From positions 1,410,604 to 1,474,603 of the forward strand of contig BCIN01000001.1 of the NCBI GenBank assembly GCA_039545335.1: 64,000 nucleotides of DNA, written 5' to 3'. The notes beneath the pieces were generated by a model, which was given only the letters and a program-made list of their open reading frames with translations, had not been told where the DNA came from and did no database searches. Origin of the DNA: Kondoa subrosea. Taxonomy: Eukaryota. A program made the position numbers and the translations under genes. This document shows positions 16,654 to 29,981 of this stretch, in pieces (the stretch's first letter is position 1; each line of letters opens with the position of its first letter).

Positions 16654-19600
16654 TCAAGCGGAAGCTGCAATTGATGTGACCTGGGACATTTGCGATGTTC
16701 TTCTAGCCGATTTGATAGCGCAGCTTCTGTCCACTTCTTCGCGTGGCAGAGCAGAATTCCCTGTTAATGTATCTCAGTTCAAGTGTGCTCAGAATCGCAT
16801 GTCTACTTACGATAGACCCTGATGATGCCTGTTGAATCGTCTGCAGTCACGATGATAGCATCTTGTGTCGTCGTCCGCAAGAGTTCTGCTGAAGTGATGG
16901 AGCTCCTTGAGCTGGAGCTACTGACTTCGTTTTCTGGTATCTGCAGCGACGACGCTTGCGTAGACCGACGAGAAAGAGCCGATTGCCCGTCATCATTTGT
17001 GCTAAGAAAGGCGTCTTGCGAGCAAGCGAGAGTGGATTTGGTACCGCAAGGAGCTATCAATGCACAAGTCGTAACAAGAGATTCAGCTGCAATTGTAAGT
17101 CAGTGGTGAAGCATAAGAGAATGAGTGTAGACTGACTTGGGAAACTCTCAAGACCAGCTTTGGCTTTCTTGTTCGTAAACTTGTTGTTGAGCCAGCCTTG
17201 ATTGCCCTCATTTACAGTAATTCCAGAATCCCATATGTACACATATCCATCTTCACTGCCAGATATGATTAGTCTGCAGTCCTCTGAGAAGCTTGCTCGT
17301 ATTTGTGATGTGGTGTTTTCGTGCTATTGGGTAAATCATCAGGTCATACAAATAAATGAATGCGCTATCTTACACCACTGTATTTCGCATCAAGCGACTG
17401 ATCAGCTAGATCGAATAATCGCAAACGTGAGTCGTTAGTTGTCACCAGAAGCTTGTCGTGAGTTCCGTCTGATGGTACAGAAATCATCGCAGTCACTTTT
17501 CTTCCTTTCGAGTTCTTGCCTCTTGTACTTTTTGACTGCAGAGTGGAATGATAATGAAAGCCTGATACTTCGTAGAATGTCTATTTTGATTGTCAGCGCG
17601 CCACAGGCAGAGAGTCTTTCTTAGAGCTTACGCAGTGCCCGACAAAAGTACCAGCAATTGCGAACTTCCCATCGCTGGAGAATGATACGGCTGTAATCAA
17701 TTGCGCTACTTCTGTCCAGGCATGTACTTGTTTCTCTGCTATATTCCACAAGCGCAATTTGCAGTCGAGAGAGCCAGAAAGAAAGAATCGGTCGTCCTTT
17801 GGATCTGTACCATATGAAGAGACTAAGTCATCTTTATAGAAGCCCATATTCCTGGGCAACGCACGAAAAGCAACTGAAGTGACAAAATCCGCATGTTGAA
17901 ACAAGCAAAGACATTCTGCTCTTGATACATGCCACAGTCGAACACCTTTATCCATACTTGACGAAAGCAAGAAATTGTTCTGCCGACAGGCTTTGAGCAG
18001 ACATATCAATAAGGCACGCAGGACATACCTTCGACCAGCTCAGACTCAGCACATCTGCAGTGTGACCCACATACTCTCGCAAGGGTGCACTAGCAAAGAC
18101 TGCTCTCTGGCCTTGTTGTCCAATCTTCGGCTTCGCAGGCATAGAAGGCACACTACCACCGCTCTCCGAAGACAGGCCAGTTGATTGCCGACTGAATTGC
18201 GGATCTCTTTGTTCTGGCGACGATAGCACTTGCCAGATTCGCACGACTCCGTCGTGACCCGCTGCAGCTAGATATTTACCATCTTTCGAGAACTCCATAG
18301 CCCAAATTGCCGGTTTCTTGATCTTTCTATGGCTCGATAATGTAGGACCATTTGCTGTAGAAGCTTCAGCGCCCAAAGGAAGAGAGGTATTTGAATCATT
18401 TGCTTGGTCTAAGGATTCGTTGGATAATGTCGATGAAGCATATTGCCGATGAGATGTGGTTGGTTTAGCTTCACTAGAGGAGATATTCAGCTCTTGAGCT
18501 AAGAAGAGATGAGGGAAATCTCGATTGTCTTTGTTCTTAATTCTCGTCTTGATTCGTCGCGGTCTATTCGATTGATAAGGGCTAAAAGGTACTTCTTGGC
18601 TGTGTACTGAAGATGTTTCAGTTTGGAAAGAGGAAGCCGTTGCCGATGTTGCTATACTAGCAGAGGAGGCTATCCTGGCCCGAGGCGTAATTGGAGAGGT
18701 AGCGGACTCGGCAGGGGAAGACGCAGGCGAAGGCGTTCGTTTGGCTGAACCTAGGCCCAACCGCGAGAAAAGAGTTTTGCGAGTCTTTGCCGGAGTAACA
18801 GGGCTTGAGACTGGAAGCTCACGATCCTTCGACGTGGCTTGTGTGAAAGGGGTAGAAGCTGGTGCGGGTTCTGAAGCATATGAACGATGATTGGTTTCTG
18901 GTTGCTCCTGTATTGGTTCGGCCTCCTGCAGAATACTATCCCTGACTCCCAACGGAGAAGTGGTCCCGCCAGAAACGCTGCGCCTATGAGGCCGCGAGAT
19001 GTTGCTGGTCGGAGGAAGAGCTGCTGAGACTGATCTTCCGTGATTGTTTCTTAGCGAGCCAGATCCAGTCGATATGCTGGCGGAAGAGTCTAACCTCAAT
19101 CGTTCAGAGATACTCATATTGCTAAAGGTCTCGGCCGAATCTGTTCTTTGACGCGTGAGTTTTCGGCGCATGTTGATTGCTTTGAGAGCATCTCCCTCGC
19201 TGTCATGTCTTGCGATAGAGTGAAGAGTGATGGGATCAAGAGTTTGTGACTCTTCGGCACGTAGAAAAGTAGGAGAGGAAGGAGATTCGAGGTAAGAAGG
19301 TCGCCTTGCTAGGGAGCCAGTACTCATGCCTAAGATTGGCCTGCGCCGTTCATCGGATGGAGATGGAAGAGGTGAATTGCGCATTGCGAGAGGGGAACCT
19401 TCCGAGCTATTTCCACTACCTTCTGCTGCAGTATGACACCGATTGTGTTAGCCTCACGAAATCATACACAGAGAGAAACAGCCTACGTGCAAATGATCTG
19501 GAATCTCCGCTTTCACGACTTCCAGGAGGCCTCTGCTCGAATGGTGCTCCAAGAAGCATTTCGTCCGCATTGGTGTGCGAGTTGCCTTCATTGTCTGGCG

Positions 19601-19973
19601 CCTGCTGTCCCTTGAAACCACCTAGGAAGTTCAAATTGAAAGAAAAGGATGGCAAACTAAACATGCCACCACCTGCAGCAGAGGTATCTGGAGAGCCAGC
19701 TAAAGAAGCATTTCGCATGCGAGGACTATCTTGCCCAAAACCACTTGTAGCTAGATTGTCCTTCTTGGCACCGACAGGAGAGTGATCTACCGCTTGACTG
19801 GTCCCACTGAGCGTCCTCCACAGGCTATTCATTGAGAAGGACGATTGGAGCATCCCCGTGTTTTCTTGATTTTGGTCATGCGAGGTGAACTCATCGACCG
19901 GGACCCGTAGACCAGCCTGGCTAGTACTCTCTGGCCAGGGAGAGCGTTCTGGACCGTGATCAGAGTCTTGCAT
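16654..19973 (-). CDS. WD40-repeat protein of the WDR44/Dgr2-like family with a long disordered N-terminus
   Basis: FPHLFLAQEL, IWAMEFSKDGKYLAAAGHDGVVRIW, GHTADVLSLSWSK, FLLSSSMDKGVRLWHV and DDRFFLSGSLDCKLRLWNI. Confidence 0.9.
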
Positions 19974-20051
19974 TATGGTTCCATGTCAAGAAGCGGAATT
20001 ACAGAATGCGAAGCTATCTTCGAATCATTTGTCAGCATTACATCCTATGTA

Positions 20052-21685
20052 TTACAATGAGATATCCTCTTCAACATCCTGTGTAGAATCTCGCCCTTGC
20101 TGTTGCGGTAGTGTTTCAACCAGATCATCGTCAACTTGCATGGCGTCTTGATCAACAGCACCGGTTTGTTCTTCGTCTTCTTCAATGGCATCCGGTTCGG
20201 GTTCTGCCAAAGCAGCCGCAAGTTGAGCTTTCTTGAGATCCAATTCTGTGGTAAGTTTGCGCAAAGAGTCTTCGAAACGGCGCTGATGAAATATGGATCA
20301 CGTCAGCTCATGCTCAATCAGCAAGATGAGGAAGACTTGACTTACCTTGATGATGGGGTTTGAGGCGTTAGATACTTCTGTCCTCTTTCTGTTGACAGCG
20401 CCTTCCAAATCCCTGATCTCATCACCCAGCAATCGAGCTTTTCTTCTCGCTTCCAACTGTTCAGTGCTGATTTCTTCGTCTCCACCTTCTCCCCCGCCAG
20501 GAAGCATATCATCATCCACTTCACTTCCACCTCCGTTCGAGCCAAAGAGACCGCCCATATCTGAATCCGAATCTCCTCCTTTTTCACTTTCCGAATCTGA
20601 ATTATCAACCGCTTCCAATCCTCGTTCGAGTTCTGCAGCCAAATCATCATCGATTCCTTCTCCATCGTCATCGTCTGAATTGGCCCGCTGTGAGCCATCT
20701 GTTTCGCCTGCTGGAGTTGGTGCACCATCTCCTCCTGGTGTCATTCCTGGCATAGGTGTTTGACCTTCAGGTATTTCATCTTTTGGATCGACCAATTCTG
20801 TCAGAGCAACCATATTCACCATAAGCCCAAGCTGATGGTATCAAATGGCCGACTGACCGTAAGTAACCTTTTCTGCCATTCCATCTTTAGCAAAGAGCGC
20901 CTCCACTGCATTCTCGATGTTTTCAATCGTCTGATATAGTATATCAGTATGGTGTATCACTTCAGGCTCAGTAGCTTTACCCTCTTATTCGCTCGTTTGC
21001 GGAAACGTCTTTTGCGAACATGCTTCATAGGCGGAGTAATACCATGAGGGAAGATGTAGTCTTCAATATCGAATCTATCTTGATCCGCAGCGTTCTGACC
21101 ATTAGCAGCCGTATCTTCCACAATAAGCATTTGACAGATATCTGCGGTTTTGTACAATCGCTTGTTATCCAAAGTCTTGTGCGATTCGATGATACAAGGT
21201 AAGTCAACGAGTTTTGCGTTCCAAGTCTTGTCACCTGGTTTAGGTTGACCTGATGTCCCACCTAAACCGAACGTAGCTCGTCGAGGGTCTTTAAACTGAA
21301 ACCAAGGTTCTTGTGCTTTGTTAGCTGATGAACCGACTTCTCTATTGGTGACCATCTTCTTGAGCTTGTCTGCCAACTCGTTGTCTTCTACTCGAAGTAT
21401 GAAATGTTCCTCGAATACCAAAGGTTCATCAGGATCTGAGTCCAAGTCTCGGTCGTAATGCTTGTTGGCGTTGAAATTAGACCCAGTAGCAGAGGGCCAA
21501 TTCGCAGAGAGAGCAGAATCAGCTCCCCCTAATTTCACTTTGATTTTAGGTGCATTGCCAGGAGCAGAGGATGTCGATGCTTTCAAGGTCAAAGAAGGTC
21601 GGCCTGGTGCTCTACGCCCTCTTATAGGAGCTGAGGACTCTTTAGGTGAACTCGGTCCAGCTTCGGGTGTGTATTCTGCGTCCAT
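20052..21685 (-). CDS. TAF7: TFIID subunit 7
   Basis: EEHFILR, AKLVDLPCIIESHKTLD, YKTADICQML, PHGITPPMKHVRKRRFRKR and a C-terminal coiled coil with NPIIK. Confidence 0.95.
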
Positions 21686-21940
21686 GAAGGTCGGCAGGAG
21701 GAGGAGGAGGGCGAGGGAGCTGTTTGAGGTCGAAACTGCTTGATTTGTCTGGCCAAATAGCGACTTGTGACCGTTGGTTAGGGTATGACAGGCCACACAG
21801 TAGCTCTGAGACCTGACACAGAGACGAAATAGACAGAAACACTTGAAGATCGGGTTGTGTAAGTCGTTGTTTGGAAGCAGGAAAATGCGATAAAACAAAG
21901 ACAGTGAATGAACACTTGCACAGGCATTACATGACAGCTA

Positions 21941-24462
21941 TTACAGTTTAGCTTTACTATCTTGCAGCTCAGGTCTATTGACAAACCAATCCAGAGAAGA
22001 AGGATTGGCCACTGATCGATATTTCAGTAAATTGCACTCAGAGTATTAGAAGAGAGCTTACTAGCATCTCTGTTGACCTTGGTGATCGGTGTACCATTTA
22101 CAACCTTCTTCACAGCAATTTCACATCTCTTCAGGTTGATAGTCAGAGGTAGGTCAGGTGCTTGCATGACTAATTCTGGTACATGGCGAGACGATAATCT
22201 GGTCTTGATTGCGTCCTTGATCTTCGACACAGCTGATGCTTCAAGCGCTTTACCTTCTGGAGTCTTGATAAATAACAGACTGGCGAAAGATAGTCTAAGC
22301 TCCTTCTATAAGCTCGCGAGGAAGGCGACAGGACGTACACTCGCTCATCTCCCTTCCATTTCTGTCCGACCGCAACGCAATCTTCCACAATATCCTTGAA
22401 TTCATCCACAACAGCATAAAGATCTCCCGATCCAAATCTCACACCACCAGGATTGAGAACCGCATCACTTCTTCCCATTACATTAACACCTTTCGATACC
22501 GGATTGAAACAAATCCAATCGCTCTGATTCCAAACTTTGGTAGGGAAAGAATTGAAGTATGAGTCTTGATATTTCTGGCCATCTTTGTCGCCCCAAAAGC
22601 GTAGTGGGAAGTTTGGAATAGGTTTAGCGCAAACCATATTACCCTCTTCACCATATCGGACTGGATCTCCTTCGTCAGACCAAGCTTGAATGTCACAACC
22701 AAGAACAGGAGTCTGAATTTCGCCCGCGTATGTCGATTGAGTTGGTGTGCCTCCCACAAAGACCCCACAAATGTCTGTTCCGCCTGTACCGTTATTGATG
22801 AAAACATGCTTCTTTACTTTTTCGTCCAAAAACCAGTAAAGCTCTGGGCTCAGGGGAGAACCGGCTGTCAGGATCATATCGAGGGATTTGAGACTGTGAT
22901 GATCTTTCGGATAGTAACCATTTGACAAGAGCGTTTGCAAGTAGCGAGGCCTATTAGCGATTAACGGCATTACTTGATGTATCTTATGAGACGCTTACGA
23001 GAGACCGACACCTGTGACTTGATGCTCGTCCACAATGTCCCATAAAGCCGAGTATGGCTTCAGCGGAGATCCATCAAAGCAAACGACAGTACATCCGAAA
23101 GCGAGATTACCGACAGCATAATTCTGCAATTCATCTGAGAAGAGCCGCAAATTGCGTAAAACGATTTCAACATACCCACATCATCTACAATCGCGTCAAT
23201 AAAACGCAATATGAGGAAGGCTTCAACACTCACCCAACCAAGTGTGGTGAATTGTAGCCAGGTAGACTCGTGCGTTAAATCATTATGCCCTATTGTCGCT
23301 GTAGCTTGACCTAGAAGCATGCCCCCGGCAGAATGGACAATGGCTAAGTCGGATCGTCAGCAATAATCTTCTTGAATTTGGTAAGATGGACCTTTCGGTT
23401 TGCCTATTAACAGCATTCAATATCGGAATTTTGTTACATAAATATAAGAACTCACCTGTTGTTCCAGACGAGTACAAGATCCATAGTGGTCTCATAGCAG
23501 TTCCTCTGTTGAACTTGATTTCCTTCTCGCTGCTGTTTCCGCTCTTCAAGAAAGCGTTCCAGGTTATCGAAGAGACACCTTGAACAGGCGAAAGCTTTCC
23601 AGTAGGTTCTCTTGATTTGTTCAATTGGCCAACAATGACGACATGCTTCAAGCCCAAAGGTGCTAGCCGTTCTGCAATTTGCTGTAGTTTGGGATAGATA
23701 TCGACTTCTTTGCCTCCGTAGCGATAGCGATCTGCGGATAATAGGATTGTAGGTTGAATCTGCCAAAAGAGGTCAAAATACGACCAAAGTTGATGTTTCA
23801 GCAGCGGCTTACCTGTTCGAAGCGCTCCAGAGTAGCTTGAATACCGAATTCTGGCGGACAGCTTGACCATATGCAGCCAATTGTCGCGCTCGCAAGCAGC
23901 ATGATGACTAAGCTTGCTGTCAGCCAGATCTCGACACAACAGATCATGACTTACCTGCTTCTGCTGCGTTGGGAGCAAAAGCCGCTACTCGATCTCCCTC
24001 TTTGATTCCTAGTTTTAGCAAAGCATTGCTTGCCAATCGTACTCTTTCGTATAGATCATCGAAGGAGATGCTTTCTACTAGACCAGTCGTGCTGTCGCCG
24101 CCATTCTCTATTCGAGTAACCAAGGCAGCTCTAGTCTTTGATCGAGCATTCTTATGAGCCAACAATTGAGTTTCCGCCCAATTCAGTGTAGCGTTCAATC
24201 GATTATGGGTGACATTGATAGGCTGAGAAGAATCAAATAAAGGTTTTCCTGGCGTAATGGAACCAATTATATTGCTATAATCCCAGATATCTTGCCAGAA
24301 TGTCTCCAGCTCTGTGATGGACCATTTATGCAAAGCCCAATGATCGGTCAATTGCAAGGAATGCTTCTTGTTCACGTATCGACGAAAAGCTTCATTCGTA
24401 GACTCTTGAGCGCGTTTCGAGACAGGATGGCTAAAGAAGTCTCCAACTTTCAGTTCGGGCAT
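21941..24462 (-). CDS. Acetoacetyl-CoA synthetase (ANL adenylating family) with C-terminal PTS1-like -AKL
   Basis: LHKWSI..LETFW, LNWAE, ILYSSGTTG, GGTDICG, GRSDAVLNPGGVRFGSGDLY, LSSRHVP and ANPSSLDWF...KAKL*. Confidence 0.9.
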
Positions 24463-24856
24463 GATCCAGACTTATGATACGGTAATGGCGAGGCTAGCAG
24501 ACAGTCGATACGCCAGAAGAAGAGCAAGGCCGTCAGTAGAGATGCTTGTCCACAGAGAAGGCATCAAAGTATTGCCGACTCCAAAAACGGCCCCGCTTGA
24601 TAGATACGGCCAAGTAACGACACATCAGAAGAGCAGCCAGATCCGAAGACAGATATTGAGCGCAAGGGAGGACAAGCTTATAGGGCGAAAGGACAGCTGA
24701 AAGGACGGCGAAGCATTGAGGTGAACGCATTATTACTAAGCAGCAGGTGTATCCATCAACAGCAGACACAATTGCCTGAGAGCGCATAAGGAAGTCAGCA
24801 GCAAGATCTTCCGCATTAATCTAGGTCAAAATCAAAGCAAACTCAAGCAAACCAGC

Positions 24857-25984
24857 ATGACTTCCGATTTTGTTCCACCTGCACCTCAGGATGCTCAAGA
24901 AGTGCCTTCTCGCTCTTTCCATGTCGCTGGAATAGCTGTCAAAGTCTTTGGTCTCGATGACTTACCTACAAACAGCAAGCTTCAAGTCGCTTTCTTCCTG
25001 CATGGTCGACTGCAAGATTCTAAGTCTCTTTTACCTGCTATATGGCATTTGAGAAGACTAGGCGCCTTTGAACCCAGTCCAGATGGATTGCGATTGCTTC
25101 TCGTCACCTTTGATCAGAGAAATCATGGGGAACGAGTTGTTGATGCGAAGAGGAACTATGGTTGGCCAGAGGGCAATCATCTTCATGCTCAGGACATGCT
25201 CAGTATACAAAGTGAGCATTTTATCTCGTTCGATATCACGCCATCTCATATGTTCGGCTAGCTGGTACTGCTCACGATATCTCGCTCATTATTGATTTTC
25301 TGGAGAGCGTTCTTTTCCCGCATGCAGAACATACAGTAGAGAGATGGACTGCGATGGGTGCAAGTCTGGGTCAGTCAACTGTTCATTGATTCAGGATCAT
25401 TGCTGATCAGTGTGCAGGCGGTCATATGACTTGGATCGCCGGGGCTAGAGGTAGGTGTTCTGAGAGACCTGATACAACAAGCTCAAGGTATATCAGATCC
25501 TCGCATCACCAAGCTGGTTCCCATAATCGGCTCACCTTCAATGATCACTCTGCTCAAACATCGAGCCGAGACATCAGATCCACCTACTGCTTTTGGTCCG
25601 CCTAGAATTCCAGATTCACTGCTACGTACAATGAAAAGGACAGACCCTTTTGAGGGAGATGTCTCTGCGTTCAAAGGGAAATCAATACTCGTATTGAGTG
25701 GTGCAGACGATAAGCTGGTCAACTATATCGATGGAGTAAGTCGCTTCTGACACAATCTGTAGCATTCCTGAACAGATCTATATTAGGGCTCAGAAGCGTT
25801 TGTCAACAGATTACGGTCGGCTGGTGTGCAGGTCGAAGCTTGGAATCAACCAAAGGCGGAACATCAAGTGACTATGGTATGCCAATTCTGTGTTTACATC
25901 GGCCCTCAGCTCATGTTCTTGCGATTGCAATAGGAAATGCTCGAAAGGATCGCTACATTCTTGCGGAAACCTGAGACAAAGTGA
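24857..25984 (+). CDS. Alpha/beta hydrolase (esterase-like)
   Basis: FFLHGRL, TFDQRNHG, spliced GASLGGH nucleophile elbow, SGADDKLV (Asp) and AEHQVT (His). Confidence 0.85.
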
Positions 25985-27216
25985 AGATTATTCTATTTTG
26001 CTCTCTCTTGTCTGATTTCTGTCTTAACGTTCCAGCTCTAGGTTGATTTGACGTGGAAGTAGTCCAAGAAGTGTTGTATTCGTTCTCTTCGTCTGCAACG
26101 TATTGGATTTGACATCCTATCAAAGCTAATTTGTTTAACGATTTCCAACTATTTGACCAGTTGACATGTTTCAGATCAATTCCTTTAATCCAGTCGTTGT
26201 ATGAAATATTGAGTTGTTCTAGATTCGGTGTAGATGAAGCTAGTCGGACTAGAAATTGAGCTGAGGAAATAGATTTTGGGGCTACTAAATCTGCTATTTG
26301 TAGAGTTTTCAGATTGCGGCATGTCGAGAAGACGGAAAGAATGAAAGTATCCAAATGCAGATGAGCCATACCACATAACGAAAGAGATTGCAATTGAGGG
26401 AATTTTGGGTCCCAAAGTGTAGAAGCAGTTGACGAGGGATTGCATAAGAGTTCTCTAACGTGTTTGTTTGACATTGTATTGAAAGAAATATCGATACAAG
26501 TCATTGTGTCGCCTGCTTCAAGCTCGTTGATCTCTTCCCATGCTTCATTCGCAATTTGACTTGAAGTATCTTTGCTGACTGAATCGATGGATTCAAACAT
26601 CGCTTGCCAGACTTGCAGCCCTAGAGGTCCTTGAACGGCCGAAAGTGTCATACGCCGTTACTTCATATGGGTAGGGAGGTATTTTAGAGAATCCATCAGA
26701 TCTCGTTCATCCTCAGAGAATTGGTCTCCAATTCCGGGCAGACCGTACAAGAAGTGACAAATGAAGGCGAGACATGAATCAGACAGCGAAAAGGGAATAG
26801 ACAGGACAAGAGGTTGCATGGATGAAAGTATTGCAAGGCGCGATCTCGCGATTCCGTGACTTAGAGACGGACTTTCTCTTGTATTGGCATAGCGTCGTTG
26901 AAGCGCCTTGTCTCGTGTCTCCCAAGCTTGCGGAATTGGACCAGCGACCATCACCTGCTGTGCTGCTCTTGTGCAAGCAACTTGAAGTCGTTGCTGAGAT
27001 TGCTCGAATGCTGCAGCGCCAGGCAAAGCAGTCAAACCAGTTCGTTGCTGTTCTGCCAAGCGACTTCTTGCTGCCAGATTGAGCTGATCATAGTCTGAGC
27101 GAGAGAGCACTGTTGAGCTTTCGAAGACGTACAGCAGCAGCGACACCTTGATTGAAGTCTTGCCTAGCTGCTTGCAATCTCATACGTCCCAATTTCTCCT
27201 TGACTGTTTCTGCCAT
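25953..27216 (-). CDS. Protein with C-terminal RNI-like leucine-rich repeats, function unknown
   Basis: LRR-like strands FPQLQSLSLCG, CRNLKTLQIA, TPNLEQLNISYN and WKSLNKLALIGC. Confidence 0.7.
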
Positions 27217-27477
27217 CGTTACGAAATTCGACACGGCAGGGTATATTTGAATGCGCTTCAACGCGATGATGTACAGCTCTTATTCTGGCATTATCGAGGC
27301 ACCAAGAAGACCCTATGAGAGATAGAGCCTGATAGAGCTGTTACGAGGAGCTGCGGCTAGAGCACGACCGAATGTTCGAATCCAGCAGTGGTTCGTCCTG
27401 AACAAGCAACTCGAAATTGAAAATCGATATCTAGGCTAACTGATACCCTCTCTGGCAAGCCATACACATCGGTGAAC

Positions 27478-27735
27478 ATGTCAGAAGAAGCCTCGCAGCT
27501 TCTGCAAGACTTTGTATTCTCCCTCGATAACCTGCCTTCTGAAGTGTCGCATATTCTGGCCGAGATTGCTCACAAAGAGCATCGTTTCCAAGAACATCGC
27601 AGTAGAATCAGTCATAGGGATGGCTCAATTCAGAAACATCACAAGTCCCCATCTTTGCTTGTTGAAAACCCGAAAGAAGTTGGACATGTAGCGAAATGCA
27701 GGAATGACTTTGGAAGAGCTGCAGTGTTGGCTGAT
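27478..27735 (+). pseudogene. Truncated ING3/Yng2-like N-terminal fragment, copy 1 (no PHD finger)
   Basis: MSEEASQLLQDFVFSLDNLPSEVSHILAEIAHKE matches the ING N-terminal helical domain. Similarity stops after ...AAVLAD and the ORF ends at 27825. Confidence 0.8.
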
Positions 27736-28191
27736 CTCTCGTCCCTAATATCCCCACATCGGATCCACCTTTCGCCCATTCATGTTCATCCCGAAGCTGT
27801 GAAATCTTGTTTGCTGGAAGCTTGACTTGGGCTACACTTGTCTTAGCCATGATACAATAGCTTAGTGCGAATCGAATGGTGGCAGGCGTTGCTTCTCCTT
27901 GCTGCTTGGATTCAGATCGGATTTACCAAGAAGAGTCTTGCCTGGCCTTCAACGCTGAAAAGCCTTCTTCCGCCCGAATTCCTCGTCGGCAATCTGTCGA
28001 TTTACATGACCTGGATAGCTGAACTAGACTGCCATGACGTAGGTGCGATTTATGTCCCTTTGTAGTCTTCTTGTAGAAGCTCGATTCTCAGCTTTCGTCT
28101 CTCTTCCTCCTCTTACCATAGACTCTCAATAGTCTGCAACCTCTTCATCCATCGTCGTCTTCTTTCCTCTTTCATTACTCTCTAAAGTATC

Positions 28192-29640
28192 ATGGTGTTT
28201 ACTCTATACCCTGCTGAAGGCGGCTACTCTTATCTGGCTGCTAGCGGTCAAACTGCTCATATGGTGAGCCTCTGATACCACGACCGTGCGCGCCATACTA
28301 ACTAGATTGCTTCAGACGTATGCGCAAGCAGCGCCGTATCTGGTGAGGCGATATCTTAAAGCCGAGCTTATAGTACAATCGCTGATTCGTAAGACCTTGA
28401 TACTAGGCTAACAGCGAAGCAGTAGTTCATCAAACTGAACATCATGTCGCGCGAGGACCAGCCCCTCCAGCCTTACCCTATGCTGCTCCCGCTAGATATC
28501 CTGTGCGTAGCTTCGGCGCGCGGCAACCCTGCACTGAGTCTTTACCTTGTAGTTGGGAGCTCCCAACACCTCACAATATTCCCCAACTGGTTACCAGCCA
28601 GTGTGTTTCCAATTTTCCGCTTACTGATTGCACTGAATAATACTACAGATCAACCCGAATTATGGACAACATGGTAACTACGGTCCAGCCTATGCCAGTC
28701 CTGTAAGTTATTATACCTCCATCTGATGCTGCTGAAACTTTCCACGCAGACTTCATCGACTGGTCCTACTGCTCCTACTTCAACTAGTCCTACCCAACAG
28801 CCAGTCCCTGTCACAGTGAGGCTTGTACTTTCACATGCCGCAAGGCTCATTCTGAACCATGTCTCTGAGCAGAGGGCTCATAATCGTGTCACTGCCCATG
28901 CCTTCAACAGCCCCAGCACCTGCTCTCATTGTGGAGTCACCTTTGACACCTACCGTGAGGCGAAGGGGCATTTACTAAACAAGGACAAAGCTTCTCAATA
29001 CTGGAAATGTCCCTCCAAGCCTGGCGATTCTCAAGCTCAACCGGCATCGCTGACTACGATTGATGGCTCAAATATATTCATAGGCAACGCTCCTGAAGTA
29101 AGTTGCCTGCGCGGCCCTTTTGCACCGGCGCTGACTTGATCGCTCGTGACAGGGAAGCGCAGGTTTCAGCGAAGGTAAGCCTTCTATAACTTGCATCCTC
29201 AGGCTCCTGTGCTAAAGCCACAAATGGTCAGTACCTACCGGTCAGAAGGTGGTCTCTACCACAGGCCAAGGTCTGCTTGTCTGCTTGTTAGGCTCTCACC
29301 CGTCTGATCTGAACTTCGCAAAATAGTATTCGAACACGTAAATCGTGCGATTTATTCTGCACCGACCGGAGCACCAGGACGTGCTTATCCACCAGGCTCA
29401 AACGAGGCCGCGCGCGCTGTAAGTTTCCCTTTTGAATTCGACATTTGGATGCTCATCTGGCTCTGTGGTGCGCAGTCACAAGTATGTTCTTGCATGCTAC
29501 ATCTACGTGAACTGACGTCAATCTCACAGAGGGCTTCAAGATTCAAATGCAGCTTATGTTCCAAAGTCGGCACATACTCTGCAGTTTACAATCATGTTTT
29601 ACGCGGTAAAGGTGGGAAAGGCAGTTGCGGTACCACCTGA
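28192..29640 (+). CDS. Orphan 12-exon Pro/Tyr/Gln-rich protein with two C2HC-type zinc-finger-like motifs
   Basis: Eleven GT-AG introns splice to one open frame MVFTLYP...CGTT*. Motifs are CSHC-x12-H-x12-C and CSLC-x11-H-x10-C, with a 6-nt microexon at 29476-29481. Confidence 0.75.
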
Positions 29641-29981
29641 AATCCTGCAGAGATGGTGAATCTTGCGATCGCCCAGTAACGCTGCGGTCCGACGTCTACA
29701 CTTATGCCTGTAATATATACATTTCAACTACGTTCTATATGCTTCGCTGTCCCAAAACCTTTCGAAGCGTGAAGAAGCGACACCTTCACAAGTACACAGG
29801 CTGAGTCAGTTGAAGATGCACAAGAAGCGTAATGTCTAGATTAGTGTCCGCCAGCCGCCACACAAGGGCAAGGGATGAATTGTTTGTTTGCTTCTCCTCC
29901 TGAACTGCTGAACAAGTACTCGAAATTGGAAATCGATATTACCTGATACTCTCTCTGGCGATATATACCTAATTTGCTAAG

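Noticed and set aside
21702..21720. (GGA)n microsatellite
   Set aside because: Short pyrimidine-rich 5' UTR tract of TAF7, which is ordinary.
21941..25984. Secondary-metabolite cluster (adenylating enzyme plus divergent hydrolase)
   Set aside because: No PKS, NRPS, terpene synthase, transporter or cluster regulator nearby. The GliK-like gene is also isolated.
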